A stretch of 64,000 nucleotides of DNA from an uncultured cyanobacterium (GCA_963703315.1 OY969811.1:160001-224000); one strand, 5' to 3'. Numbered from the stretch's first letter, positions 1 through 10,586 are shown. Made by a program: numbers and translations. Notes: generated by a model from the sequence alone, not told the origin.

Positions 1-891
1 ATAATTACTGGTAGAAGTGAGTATATTATAAGTGACGAAAATCAAGATAGAAACTTGGTTGTCCGTCATCTTTTTTATAACCACTATATTGATATTGACA
101 GTAAATTTACAATTAGTGGTAAAAGCTTTGATGACAAACAGCTAGAGCTAATAGTTTCCATTAAGAATAAAAAAATAGATATAGATCAAGAATCACTATG
201 CTTATGTGTCAAACGACTAATAAGCTCAATGGTAGTAGAAACACCATTTAAACTTTCTTCAGAAGGAATGCTATCTCTCAAAATACTGCGATCTGCAACC
301 AATAATTTGAATCATAGTAAGTCAAATATCCAGTTTGTAAATTCATCATCATTAACTACTGAAAAAGCGCTTGATTTATTTGAAGATACGGTACTTACGC
401 CAGAAGAAGATCTTGTTATTCAAGCTTTACAGATTATTGAGCCTCGAATAAAGCGAATTGCACCTCTTATTGGAAAGAATGGATACAAAGGTACACGCGG
501 TAGTTTTATTGTCCAAACACCTAAAAATCAACGCATACCAATTGGCAGCATGGGTGATGCGATGTGGCGGATTTTAGGACTTGCTTTAGCGATCGTTAAT
601 GCAAAAGATGGAGTTTTGTTAGTGGATGAGATCGATACAGGACTACACTTTACAGTCATGTCTGATATGTGGAAAATGCTCTGGGAAACTGCAAAGCGCC
701 TTAACGTCCAGATTTTTGCGACTACCCATAGCAATGACTGCTGGACAAGTTTAGCGGATATAGCTAATGCCGAAAATCCCAGCGAAGATGGGATTACAAT
801 TCACAGGATAGAGAAAGGAAAACCTCACAGTATTGTCTTTACTGAGCGACAGATTGCGATCGCTGCCGAGCGTCATATTGAGGTGCGGTAG
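1..891 (+). CDS. ABC/AAA_21-type ATPase, 5' end outside the window
   Basis: Frame open from base 1. Signature-like SMGDAM, Walker B VLLVDEIDTGLH and H-loop FATTHS are present; Walker A is not in the window. Confidence 0.85.
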   Translation: MITGRSEYIISDENQDRNLVVRHLFYNHYIDIDSKFTISGKSFDDKQLELIVSIKNKKIDIDQESLCLCVKRLISSMVVETPFKLSSEGMLSLKILRSATNNLNHSKSNIQFVNSSSLTTEKALDLFEDTVLTPEEDLVIQALQIIEPRIKRIAPLIGKNGYKGTRGSFIVQTPKNQRIPIGSMGDAMWRILGLALAIVNAKDGVLLVDEIDTGLHFTVMSDMWKMLWETAKRLNVQIFATTHSNDCWTSLADIANAENPSEDGITIHRIEKGKPHSIVFTERQIAIAAERHIEVR

Positions 892-894
892 TCT

Positions 895-1545
895 ATGAGA
901 GAAAAAGTGTTATTGGTTGAAGGAAAAGACGAGAGGCTTGTTATTCCAGAATTAATGAAGGCAAATGGTGTAGATTGCGGTTCAGAAGAATCTCCCATTG
1001 TCTTTATTGACGATCAAAATGGTTTCGATAATATAGTCAAGCCAGATGTAATTGCTACAGAGCTTCTCGCGTCTGGACTAGTTGCTATTGGCATTATATT
1101 TGATGCAGATGAAAAGCCCCAGAAGGATCGTTGGCGCAGCGTTAGAAATATTTGTCTAAAAGTAGAAAGTATGCCAAATTTGCCTCAAGAACTTCCAGAA
1201 GAAGGATTAATTGTGGATATGCTAAATGGAATTAAGTTTGGAATTTGGATGATGCCTGACAATAAGATGCGTGGTATGTTAGAAACCTTTTTGGCTGACA
1301 TCATTTCTGAGGAAAATCAAGAAATATGGGAGTTTGCAAAACAATCTGTTAATGAAGCAAAAATTAGGGGTGCAAAAATCAAGCCTAACCACATTGACAA
1401 AGCAAATATTTATACTTGGTTGGCTTGGCAAGAGAAACCAGCACAACAAATTGGAATAGCAGTCAAGAAGAAAACAATTTTTGATCCAACCCATCCCAAT
1501 GCTCAGAAATTTGTGAAATGGTTTAGGGATTTATATGGGTTGTGA
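895..1545 (+). CDS. DUF3226-like TOPRIM-fold partner of the ATPase
   Basis: N-terminal LLVEGKDE, IIFDAD and GMLETFL motifs; starts 3 bp after the ATPase stop. Confidence 0.7.
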   Translation: MREKVLLVEGKDERLVIPELMKANGVDCGSEESPIVFIDDQNGFDNIVKPDVIATELLASGLVAIGIIFDADEKPQKDRWRSVRNICLKVESMPNLPQELPEEGLIVDMLNGIKFGIWMMPDNKMRGMLETFLADIISEENQEIWEFAKQSVNEAKIRGAKIKPNHIDKANIYTWLAWQEKPAQQIGIAVKKKTIFDPTHPNAQKFVKWFRDLYGL

Positions 1546-1730
1546 GCGATCGCCGTCTTTTATAGCCAGATTCTTCTCATCACAGTAATTTAAGGATAAT
1601 TGATTTTGAGTAATTCTACTTATCGCTAAAATATCTCAAAAAATCTGACAAAATAACTGAAAAGAGGTGTCTTGAATCGGCTTTAATTAGAAGTGCGATC
1701 GCAAAAAGCAAAGGAATTCACGGCACATAT

Positions 1731-3953
1731 ATGGGGATTGCAAGGCGACAATTCTTGCAGGCGGGTCTGACCAGTCTGATCGGATGGCAGTTTCTTAGCC
1801 GCGATCGCGTGGCATTTGCTGCCGATCAATTTGTGCGCCAAGCCTCCACGACACAACGGAAGCGAGCGCTATTAATTGGTATTAATCAATATGATGCTAA
1901 GGACGATCCTCAAAGCACTCTAAATTTTTCACAAAATGCTACCTCAAGTGGGTGGTTGCCCTTGCATGGGTGCGTTAATGATGTGGAGTTGCAAAGGGAA
2001 TTACTGATTTATCGATTTGGATTTGCCCCACAAGACATAGTTACCTTGACCGATCGCGAAGCAACGCGCACGAATATTTATGATGCAATTACTGAACACT
2101 TAACTACACAAACTCTTCCTGATGATTTGGTGGTAGTCCATTTTAGTGGGCATGGTTCGCGGCTTGGTAATTACGACACACTGGTTCCTGTAGATAGCGG
2201 CTTACCTCAAAACCTAGACAATTTACGGGACATTACCTTACGGGAATGGCGAAGTTGGCTAAAGGAGATTGCAACGGATCGGCTTTTGTGTGTAATTGAT
2301 GCAGGTTTTTACTATCCCAATAGCTCGGTGATTGGCAATTTCCATTTGCGATCGCGGGTTGGTCTAAAAAGCTGGCAACCATCAACGGAAATAGAGCAGA
2401 TTGAGCAGATTGGGACAACTTTACGCGCTGCATCAGGGGATATGCTGTGTGCTGATGCCCAATGGTCAGGATTTAGTAGTGGTGCATTTACCTACACCCT
2501 AGTGCAGCAACTATGGCAACTGATGCCTGCAACCACAATTCATATAGTTATGAGTGATTTAGCAACTACCCTCGATCGCCGCGCCTTACATGATGAAAAT
2601 CTCTCCATCGATAAACAAGTTACGGCAATGCTAGAAATTGATGTAGCGAAAACTAAGGCGATCGCCACCACTTCCTTTAACTCATTGTTAGCAATTCCTG
2701 ACTTTGGTTCCGATGGCGTGATTATTGGTAGCACAGGCGATCGCCGCACCGCCGATGTAAGCTTGGCAGGTTTACCGATCGCCGTTTTAAGTAATTACAT
2801 GGCAGGTTCTATCTTAAATGTGATAGCTAAAAAAGCTGCCGATATCCCTGCGATTACCAATGAGATGGAATCTACTTCAGCTAGACCAAATCTGGTTACA
2901 GACACTCCACAAGCCACTGTCCAAATCAAATCTCGTAATGGCTTTAATGCCAAAGTTGAAGTTTTAAGCGATCGCAGTGCCAATCAAAAATTAGAATCAG
3001 GGCAATTACTGCAAGAGGTAATCCGAGCGATTTCTTACAATGTCAAACTAGCGATCGCCCTTGATACAGGCTTAAGCAAAATCGAGCGCGTTGATGCCAC
3101 TAGTGCCTTCTCCACTTTGCCGAATATGTTTGGAGTCAATGCGAATGAACAATGTGCTGATTGTCTATTTGGAGTGCAGTCAGCTAGCTATGGCTTGTTT
3201 ACGGTTGGACATACGCCAATTCTTGGTTCCTTTGGCTCCGTTGGCGAGTCTGTCGGTGTAGCCATTAAGCGCCTACAACCCTTTCTTGAAAGTCTATTGG
3301 CAGCGAAGCTAATTCGCACTACTGAAAATCAAGCCTCTTCTCATCTTGATGTGCGGGTTACCCTCAAAGCCATGATAGGTGTTGATGAACGCTCAGTGAC
3401 GATCGCTAGTAAATCCTCTGCTAGATCTTCTTTGCTTCCCGTAAATAACCTAAGTAATACAGTACGAACAAAGCCGATTAATATTGGCGATCGCCTTGAA
3501 TGTCAGATTGAGAACTTTAGTGATCAACCTCTCTATGTGCGAATCTTTTGCCTTGATCCACGCAGCAAAGTACTCACGCCTAACTTTATTGCCACCCCTT
3601 ACGCTAATGATGGCGTGATTCATCCATTAGAAACCTTAACTATTCCCTATCCCAAAGCACCAATGAATTGGGCTGTATCTGCACCAAAAGGAATGGTTGA
3701 TGTCCAAGTTGTGATTAGCCGATCGCCACTGTTGCAAGTTTCTAAAACTTTAGAAACTTCTCAACGTCAAGCTTCATCACTCAATGGTTTGATCGCAATT
3801 CCAAATCCTTTACAAGTTGCCCAAGCCCTACTTGCAGATATTGACCGTGCAGGTAAGCCCTCAGATTTTGGGAATGCAGGTAATCTGAGTGATGTATGGA
3901 TGCTAGATGTGCAGCAATGGGCAACTTTTAACTTCAATTACCAAGTAGCTTAA
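1731..3953 (+). CDS. Caspase-family (peptidase C14, orthocaspase-like) protein with Tat-like signal and C-terminal DUF4384-like domain; catalytic Cys absent
   Basis: RALLIGINQY, LHGCVNDV and HFSGHGS motifs; the D-x-C position reads DAG; N-terminus MGIARRQFLQAG. Confidence 0.85.
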   Translation: MGIARRQFLQAGLTSLIGWQFLSRDRVAFAADQFVRQASTTQRKRALLIGINQYDAKDDPQSTLNFSQNATSSGWLPLHGCVNDVELQRELLIYRFGFAPQDIVTLTDREATRTNIYDAITEHLTTQTLPDDLVVVHFSGHGSRLGNYDTLVPVDSGLPQNLDNLRDITLREWRSWLKEIATDRLLCVIDAGFYYPNSSVIGNFHLRSRVGLKSWQPSTEIEQIEQIGTTLRAASGDMLCADAQWSGFSSGAFTYTLVQQLWQLMPATTIHIVMSDLATTLDRRALHDENLSIDKQVTAMLEIDVAKTKAIATTSFNSLLAIPDFGSDGVIIGSTGDRRTADVSLAGLPIAVLSNYMAGSILNVIAKKAADIPAITNEMESTSARPNLVTDTPQATVQIKSRNGFNAKVEVLSDRSANQKLESGQLLQEVIRAISYNVKLAIALDTGLSKIERVDATSAFSTLPNMFGVNANEQCADCLFGVQSASYGLFTVGHTPILGSFGSVGESVGVAIKRLQPFLESLLAAKLIRTTENQASSHLDVRVTLKAMIGVDERSVTIASKSSARSSLLPVNNLSNTVRTKPINIGDRLECQIENFSDQPLYVRIFCLDPRSKVLTPNFIATPYANDGVIHPLETLTIPYPKAPMNWAVSAPKGMVDVQVVISRSPLLQVSKTLETSQRQASSLNGLIAIPNPLQVAQALLADIDRAGKPSDFGNAGNLSDVWMLDVQQWATFNFNYQVA

Positions 3954-3955
3954 AT

Positions 3956-4041
3956 AACCTCTCCCTAGCCCACCCCTTGCAAAGGGGAGGGAACGAGATT
4001 TCTAGTCTTCTCCCTTTGCAAGGGGGAATTAAAGGGGGTTT
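3956..4041. repeat. Paired CCCCTTGCAAAGGGG hairpin repeat between convergent genes
   Basis: Two inverted C-run/G-run hairpins; a related element (CCCCCTTATAAAGGGGG x2) lies at 43601-43668. Confidence 0.65.
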
Positions 4042-4049
4042 TTGAGACT

Positions 4050-6698
4050 TTATAGTTTTCCTGTTAATAGATAGGTAACCATTTCGCCTTTGCCTTTAAT
4101 CTTAATGGTTCTCTTTGGCGCAAATGTATATTTATCTTTCAAAATTTGATAGGTAACATCAGTAACTTGGATACAACTGGCAATCCCATGTGACTCCATG
4201 CGACTAGCAATATTGACGGTATCGCCCCACAGATCATAAATAAACTTTTTCTTGCCAATTACCCCTGCAACGGCTTGTCCTGTATGGATACCGATTCTCA
4301 GTTCAAAGGGCTTACCATCATGACGGATAAACTTACGAATGGAACTTTGCATTTCTAATGCCATTGAGGCGATCGCTTCAGCATGGTCTGGTCTTGGTAA
4401 AGGCAATCCACCTACTGCCATATAGGAATCACCGATTGTTTTGATTTTTTCTAAGCCATAGTGATCAACGAGACGGTCAAATTCGGAAAAAATCTCGTTC
4501 AGCATATTCACTAATTCATTAGCCGATACAACTGATGCAAACTCCGTAAATCCGACAATATCCGCAAACAGAACCGTTACTTCTTCAAAGGTATCTGCAA
4601 CAATCGTACCGCTAGTCTTGAGCTTGGAGAGAGAATTAGGTAAAGCTTCAGAAAATTTGCTAATGACAACATTAGGCGGAATATTGATGGGTGTATAAAT
4701 CTGAGAGGATTTTAAACGTTCGGCGATCGCTTTCGGTAAAACATTGAGTAGTAAACGTTCTGATCGCATTTGTTCAACGCGCAAATTATCTTCAGCGCGG
4801 CGACGTTCTTGAGCTTCCATACCCAAAGATAATAACTCACCTAAGGAACTCGCAAAGCTGATTTCTTCTAGCATCCAACATCGTTCGATCTCAACCTGCT
4901 CAAACATGATAATTCCTGTCAGTTCTCCAGCGAGGTCAAAGGCTGACACTAATATCGACACCACTCCAAGGGGATTGAGATACTCTTGACGAAATTCGAT
5001 TAAGCTCTCTTCATCCTGTATGTCTTCAATTGCTAAACTCCGTTTTTCTTGGAGAGTCGTAAAAAAGATGGGAAACTCTTCGGCTCCTAAAAAATTAGCC
5101 TCACTATGGGTTTTACTGCTTTTAATATAAAGATCAAGGCAATGTAATTGGGTTTTGGTATTGTCAAATAGCCATACACTGACGCGATCAACATCTAAAG
5201 TCTGACTAGCAGTTTCCGTAATATTTTGAACTGCCATAATAAAATCACCCAGATTGAGCGCTTTATTTTTCGTGAGATCAATCAAGATTTTTTGTTGTCT
5301 CCGCAGTTGCTGTTCTCGGCGTTGCAAGAGAAAATTACTTCTTTGGAGCGATAGTTGTGAATCAGCGAGTTCGCTAGTGCGTTGTTGAACTCTCGACTCT
5401 AACTCAATATTCGCTTTTTCAAGGCGATTGAAGGACTCGGCGAGCATTTCCGCCATGCGATTAAAGGACTCAGACAGAACTTTAACCTCACTAGTGCCTT
5501 TAATGGATACTCTCGAATCTAGATCTCCATTAGCGATCGCTTGAGAAGCACCACTTAGTTTCATCAATGGCGCAGTAATCGAACGAGCCGTCATCATCCC
5601 TACCAAAATAGCGATTATCAGAGCGGCAATGCTAAATAAAATTGTCATCTGGGTGCGATTGTAAATCTGCCCCATGAAGCTGGATTCAGGTACAACCATC
5701 ACAATTAGCCAATCGAGTCCATCGCGATCGCGCCAAGACTGTATTTGAATAAACTGTTTTTCTCCCATTAATACTGGTTCTAGTTGCTGCTTTGTCTGAA
5801 GGGAATCAAAACTACCAAACTGACTAATCAGATAACGGGCGGTAGCACGGGAGAGGGGGTCACTGCTATTGAGAATATTTAAACGCTGTGGTTTTTCATT
5901 TATGATCGAGAAAGTGCGCTCAGAGCTAGAAGTTCCGACAACTAAGCCTGAGCGTTCAATCACAAAAACTCGACTTGATTTATCTAATTTCAAGTCTTGG
6001 AGAAACATATTTAACTGCGTTAGAATATAGTCAACTCCCAATACTCCAATCAATTGGCGATCGCGATCGTAGAGAGGATAACTATGGGAAACTGATAAGA
6101 CTTCAGGACGATCATCCCATTGATAAACCCTTGACCATGTTGGCTTTCCCGCCTTTACCGCATCGGCATACCATCCTTCTTCCCTGACATCTTTAGAGGT
6201 TTCAATTACCTCTTCTAATTTTTGGCGATTGCCTTCTTGATCGGTGGAGAAAACTGCTGTTTTCGTAATTCCTCGCGCTAGAGTTGTCTCATTAATTAAT
6301 ATTTTGCCGTCATCTTTACGCTCAACACCGATAAATTCCTGATTATTAAATGCAAAATTAATATAGCCAACTTCATATAGATTGATTTGCTTCCAGAAAA
6401 AGCGTCCAGTTTGCTGAAAGTTTTTTAAATTCAGCATTCCTAACTTAATGGCATCGACATTAGCTTGATTAATTTGTGGTGGTACGTGCAAGTAATTATC
6501 GAGTTTAGTCTTAACGCGATCGCTGACTTCTTCACTGAGTCTGGTCGCTAGCTCATCGACGGCTTGCTGCCCATTACGAAAGGAAAACACCCCTACAAAC
6601 CCTACTGTCACACAAATCTGCACTACAAAAGGCACAACTAAAATAACCGTTAACGGCATATTTTTGAAGGACTTGGCTATGTAGGAGATTTTAAACAT
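4050..6698 (-). CDS. Membrane class III adenylate cyclase (Cache sensor-HAMP-GAF-cyclase)
   Basis: FADIVGFT, KIKTIGDSYM and YDLWGDTVNIASRMES motifs; two TM segments flank a periplasmic domain; HAMP and GAF follow. Confidence 0.9.
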   Translation of the reverse strand: MFKISYIAKSFKNMPLTVILVVPFVVQICVTVGFVGVFSFRNGQQAVDELATRLSEEVSDRVKTKLDNYLHVPPQINQANVDAIKLGMLNLKNFQQTGRFFWKQINLYEVGYINFAFNNQEFIGVERKDDGKILINETTLARGITKTAVFSTDQEGNRQKLEEVIETSKDVREEGWYADAVKAGKPTWSRVYQWDDRPEVLSVSHSYPLYDRDRQLIGVLGVDYILTQLNMFLQDLKLDKSSRVFVIERSGLVVGTSSSERTFSIINEKPQRLNILNSSDPLSRATARYLISQFGSFDSLQTKQQLEPVLMGEKQFIQIQSWRDRDGLDWLIVMVVPESSFMGQIYNRTQMTILFSIAALIIAILVGMMTARSITAPLMKLSGASQAIANGDLDSRVSIKGTSEVKVLSESFNRMAEMLAESFNRLEKANIELESRVQQRTSELADSQLSLQRSNFLLQRREQQLRRQQKILIDLTKNKALNLGDFIMAVQNITETASQTLDVDRVSVWLFDNTKTQLHCLDLYIKSSKTHSEANFLGAEEFPIFFTTLQEKRSLAIEDIQDEESLIEFRQEYLNPLGVVSILVSAFDLAGELTGIIMFEQVEIERCWMLEEISFASSLGELLSLGMEAQERRRAEDNLRVEQMRSERLLLNVLPKAIAERLKSSQIYTPINIPPNVVISKFSEALPNSLSKLKTSGTIVADTFEEVTVLFADIVGFTEFASVVSANELVNMLNEIFSEFDRLVDHYGLEKIKTIGDSYMAVGGLPLPRPDHAEAIASMALEMQSSIRKFIRHDGKPFELRIGIHTGQAVAGVIGKKKFIYDLWGDTVNIASRMESHGIASCIQVTDVTYQILKDKYTFAPKRTIKIKGKGEMVTYLLTGKL

Positions 6699-8361
6699 TA
6701 CGTCCTTTGAGGAGATAAGTAATCATTTCCCCTTTACCCTTAATATTAATGGCACTTCTCTGCTCAAAGCGATATTTATGCTTTAAGAGTTGATAAGTTG
6801 CTTCTGTTACTTGAATGCAACCTGCCACACCATAGGACTCCATCCGACTAGCGACGTTCACAGTATCACCCCACAGATCATAAATAAACTTTTTCGTGCC
6901 GATGACTCCAGCGATCGCCTGTCCAGTGTGAATCCCAATCCGCAGCAAAAAATCACTACCATCACTACGCTTAAATTTTTGAATTGTTGTTTGCATTTGT
7001 AGTGCCATTTCGGCGATCGCCTCGGCATGATCTTTACTAGGAACTGGTAATCCGCCAACTACCATATAAGAATCACCAATAGTTTTAATTTTTTCGAGAG
7101 TATATTCTTCAACCAGATGATCGAACTCAGAAAAAATTTCATTGAGAAGATGTACCACTTCATTAGGAGAAGTCGATGCGGCATATTCCATAAAGTTGAC
7201 AATATCGGCAAATAGAACGGTGACTTCCTCAAAGGAGTCCGCAATAATTGTTCCACTAGTTTTAATATGTACTTTTTTCAAGGATTGCGCAGATTTCAAG
7301 CGTTCGGCAATCTCTTGAGGTAGGACATTCAGTAATAGACGTTCAGATTTTTTCTGCTCAACGCGCAAGCTCTCTTCTGCTCGTCGCCGTTCTTGAGCTT
7401 CCATACCTAAAGCAAGTAAATCCGATAGAGAATTAGTAAAACTTATCTCTTCTTCTAACCACAAACGTTCTACTTCCGTATGCTCAAAAGCAATGATCCC
7501 AATAATATCTCCGCCCACCTCAAATCTAGTCAACAGCATTGACACAATACCCAAGGGAATACAATATGCTGGTGCAAATTCTTGTAAGGCAGCATCATCT
7601 TGGATATCTTCAACTGCTATAGAACGGTTTTCTAGTAAAGCATCAAAAAAACTAGGATATTTTTCCGCCGTTAAGATATTCTCTTCAGTATGTGAGTTCA
7701 GGCTTTTTTGATAGAGATCAAGGCAATGGAGAACTGTTTTGTTTTTATTAAATAGCCACACACTGACGCGCTCAACATCTAAAGCATAGCTACCTGTTTT
7801 CGTAATATTTTGGACGGCAACTATAAAATCACCTTGATTAATTGCCTTATCTTTAGTCAACGCGAATAAAACATCTTGTTGTTGACGAAGCTGTTGTTCG
7901 CGACGCTCTAACAGAAAATTAGTACGTTGTAATGAAGATTTGGAAGCATCTAGTTCATTACTTTTTGATTGTACAAGTATTTCTAATTCCTGATTTGCGC
8001 TCTTGAGACGCTGTAACGTCAAAAAAGTCGATCGCACTAAAATAATACCAATGGTAATCGCGATCGCTAGCATGATCCAAAGCAAAAAGTTAAGCAATGG
8101 TGTACTGATATTAGGAATGTTTAAGTATTCTGATTTTAGGTCTAACTTAGGATCTAGATTGCCAGATAATAGCGCTTTGCTCCAGACAACTGTAACAATA
8201 ATTTGTAGACTAAAAATTACCGCAAAGGTAACCATTAGCGGCATATTATGAATGATATCAGCAAAGTAGTTAGTGATCAGAATCCTAGATTTGCAAAATA
8301 CAAATACTGGCAAATAATGATTCATGCTAGCTTGATCACTAAGAGGGGTCAATTCGCACAA
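6691..8361 (-). CDS. Membrane class III adenylate cyclase (2TM-GAF-cyclase), paralog of the neighbouring gene
   Basis: FADIVNF, KIKTIGDSYM and YDLWGDTVNVASRMES motifs; GAF region is closely similar to that of 4050-6698. Confidence 0.9.
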   Translation of the reverse strand: MCELTPLSDQASMNHYLPVFVFCKSRILITNYFADIIHNMPLMVTFAVIFSLQIIVTVVWSKALLSGNLDPKLDLKSEYLNIPNISTPLLNFLLWIMLAIAITIGIILVRSTFLTLQRLKSANQELEILVQSKSNELDASKSSLQRTNFLLERREQQLRQQQDVLFALTKDKAINQGDFIVAVQNITKTGSYALDVERVSVWLFNKNKTVLHCLDLYQKSLNSHTEENILTAEKYPSFFDALLENRSIAVEDIQDDAALQEFAPAYCIPLGIVSMLLTRFEVGGDIIGIIAFEHTEVERLWLEEEISFTNSLSDLLALGMEAQERRRAEESLRVEQKKSERLLLNVLPQEIAERLKSAQSLKKVHIKTSGTIIADSFEEVTVLFADIVNFMEYAASTSPNEVVHLLNEIFSEFDHLVEEYTLEKIKTIGDSYMVVGGLPVPSKDHAEAIAEMALQMQTTIQKFKRSDGSDFLLRIGIHTGQAIAGVIGTKKFIYDLWGDTVNVASRMESYGVAGCIQVTEATYQLLKHKYRFEQRSAINIKGKGEMITYLLKGRNV

Positions 8362-8373
8362 TTGCTGACCTCA

Positions 8374-8410
8374 TTAAAAAAGAGAATTGCGCCGCAATTC
8401 TCTTTTTTAA
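8374..8410. repeat. Perfect intergenic palindrome or bidirectional terminator
   Basis: TTAAAAAAGAGAATTGC-gcc-GCAATTCTCTTTTTTAA. Confidence 0.7.
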
Positions 8411-8505
8411 GTAGCTGGATATAATAAAACCCCAAAAACTGTGGCGCACGCTGCGCGTGCGCCACAGTTTTTGGGGTTTTATATTTAATTGCGCCTAGCT
8501 ACTTA
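8408..8505. mobile_element. Palindromic mini-element, family A (TA-AGTAGCT...AGCTACT-TA)
   Basis: Ends shared with 16016-16112, 50046-50150 and 57998-58100; long internal palindrome with a GCGCAGC cap on the minus strand. Confidence 0.7.
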
Positions 8506-8729
8506 TTCGCGATCACGTTAATCGTAAACCCATAGCCACTTACTTTTTGTCCAGCACGGATCTTGCAACCTTTGCGTAATTCCATCTGACCATCAACCTC
8601 AACATCACCATCGATAATCATTAATTTGGCTGCACCCCCAGTATCAGCAACACCACAGACTTTTAGTAAGTTACACAGAGTAATATATTCGCCAGTCAGT
8701 TCAAAGTTCTCTTGAAAGTTTTCTTGCAT
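8499..8729 (-). CDS. S4-domain RNA-binding protein (YbcJ/YaaA-like)
   Basis: YITLCNLLKVCGVADTGGAAK...DVEVDG...RKGCKIRAG matches the small S4 protein pattern. Confidence 0.85.
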   Translation of the reverse strand: MQENFQENFELTGEYITLCNLLKVCGVADTGGAAKLMIIDGDVEVDGQMELRKGCKIRAGQKVSGYGFTINVIANK

Positions 8730-8846
8730 TATTTATGAATTCACTAAGGGGAAAGAGCAGAACATTTGCGGATCGAAATTCTAGCGAAAAGTTAAAAAAT
8801 TGTGGCGCAAATGCTCTACCCCTACGTTAAAAACATCATACCAAAA

Positions 8847-10472
8847 CTAGAAACTGAATACTGTTCTCAATGTGCCGACGGTGATTGTGCTATTGCCACT
8901 GTTGTTATTAGGGTTGAAAATGAACTGCAAATCTGGCGTAATACTAATGTTGTCAGAGATGGGGAAGCGATAGAACAATTCCAGATTGGTTTGGGTGGCA
9001 TTACCCACTTGGCTCTCAAGAAAAGGTTGTCCGACCGCGATCGCACCTAAAGCTCCTTCTTTAAATAAGTCTGGAAAAGCAATACCCGCAGACCAAGTTT
9101 GGGGGCTAAGCGAATCATTGGCTGAAGTTGTATAGGTAGGAAGTGCGGCGGAAATAGCAGTACCACGATTGCTAATATTGCCGAATCCATAGCGTCCAAA
9201 AATGGCGATCGCCTTATTAAAAGCCCACTCAAGGTTTACACCACCTGTGTTGTAGTCCAGATTATTTATGGAGGCGCGAGTATATTGCAAACGAATAGTA
9301 AAAGGACTAGCATCATCAGCATTTTTAGGGGCAAATTCTAGCTCAACCGTACCTTGATAGGGATCGCCAAATAGCCCTCGATTGATGGTTCCGTCAGAGG
9401 TGGGGCTACTCGCATTCTGGGCTACATATCCTGCTCGCAACGTAAAAGCGCTACCACCAATATTCCAAGCGATCGCTGCACCTGCCCCATCATTCACAGG
9501 CAAAATTAAGGGATTGTTAATAAACATCCCACTCGAAAAATCGGCGGACTCATCATTGGCAAAGCTATTCGCATCTAGATGATCGTTAAGAGCCATCACT
9601 GCCCCAATTGAAACTCGCATATCTTTGCCGATAGGAAAGTCATAGCGCAAACGATTTAGGCTTGCCGTCGTACTAACGCCACTGTAATCAAGGGCAGAAC
9701 TGTTACCAAATCCTGTAAAACCTGAAAAATCCGCAGCATCTAGAGAACTATGCAGACTTGTGCCGCCGTTGCCAAGTTCGAGCCGAGTAAGCAACAAATC
9801 TTCGCCAGTGAAACTCGTATTCAAATCTAGGTATACACGGCTAATCACAGTTGTATTGACTTTGCCCGCATTAGTTGTAGCCGCGCCCGTTGAGTCTAGT
9901 AAAAAATTAGTTCCTGAGCTTCCCGCCGATACAGCGGCGATCGCCTGTCCTGTTAATTTCGTCGTAGTCGAAAATTGCTGTGCCTCTAGCTTGGCAGTTT
10001 TTGCATCAAGGGCATCGACACGACCACGCAAAGTGGCAAGCTCAGCCGCAAATTCCTCTTGCAGTTTTTGCAAAGTGGCAAGATCTTCTTTACTGACTTT
10101 ATCGGCTAGCCCTGCGGAAATAATCTCGTTGATCTTGTCGAGGCAAGCATTTAAACCTGCGGCGAATTCATAACGGCTGGTGGCTTGCTTACCGCGAAAA
10201 GTGCGATCGGGATAACCTGCGATGCAGCCATAGCGCTCCACCAGAGACTGTAAGGCGGTAAACGCCCAATCTGTCGGTCGGACATCACTGAGTTGTGAAA
10301 CTGAGGTGATATTTTGCGAAAGTGGATCTTGTGCTAGCGACTGTGCCGACAGGCTAGATATATTGCTGGATAACAATCCCAAGGTAGAAAAGGCGATCGC
10401 GCCAACTAAAGATCTTTGTAATTTTATTTGTAATTTTTCCAACTCAACTTTGGACATAGGGTCACTCCTCAC
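8847..10472 (-). CDS. Cyanobacterial outer-membrane porin (SLH + OprB-type barrel, iron-uptake porin family)
   Basis: SVSQLSDVRPTDWAFTALQSLVERYGCIAGYPD SLH motif; QFSTTTKL; C-terminal GTLRTVFSF. Confidence 0.9.
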   Translation of the reverse strand: MRSDPMSKVELEKLQIKLQRSLVGAIAFSTLGLLSSNISSLSAQSLAQDPLSQNITSVSQLSDVRPTDWAFTALQSLVERYGCIAGYPDRTFRGKQATSRYEFAAGLNACLDKINEIISAGLADKVSKEDLATLQKLQEEFAAELATLRGRVDALDAKTAKLEAQQFSTTTKLTGQAIAAVSAGSSGTNFLLDSTGAATTNAGKVNTTVISRVYLDLNTSFTGEDLLLTRLELGNGGTSLHSSLDAADFSGFTGFGNSSALDYSGVSTTASLNRLRYDFPIGKDMRVSIGAVMALNDHLDANSFANDESADFSSGMFINNPLILPVNDGAGAAIAWNIGGSAFTLRAGYVAQNASSPTSDGTINRGLFGDPYQGTVELEFAPKNADDASPFTIRLQYTRASINNLDYNTGGVNLEWAFNKAIAIFGRYGFGNISNRGTAISAALPTYTTSANDSLSPQTWSAGIAFPDLFKEGALGAIAVGQPFLESQVGNATQTNLELFYRFPISDNISITPDLQFIFNPNNNSGNSTITVGTLRTVFSF

Positions 10473-10569
10473 TTGCTGATCGTGTCAAACTTAATAGTAA
10501 TAAATGTCATTAGTCTAAGAATAGTTTAAACACTTTTGGAATTATTGCAAGATAAAATTAGTAAAATAG

Positions 10570-10586
10570 TTGATTATTACTTTCAA
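10570..10586. promoter_or_regulatory. Possible Fur-type operator upstream of the porin
   Basis: AT-rich TTGA-N9-TCAA dyad (TTGATTATTACTTTCAA) about 100 bp upstream of the porin start. Confidence 0.3.
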
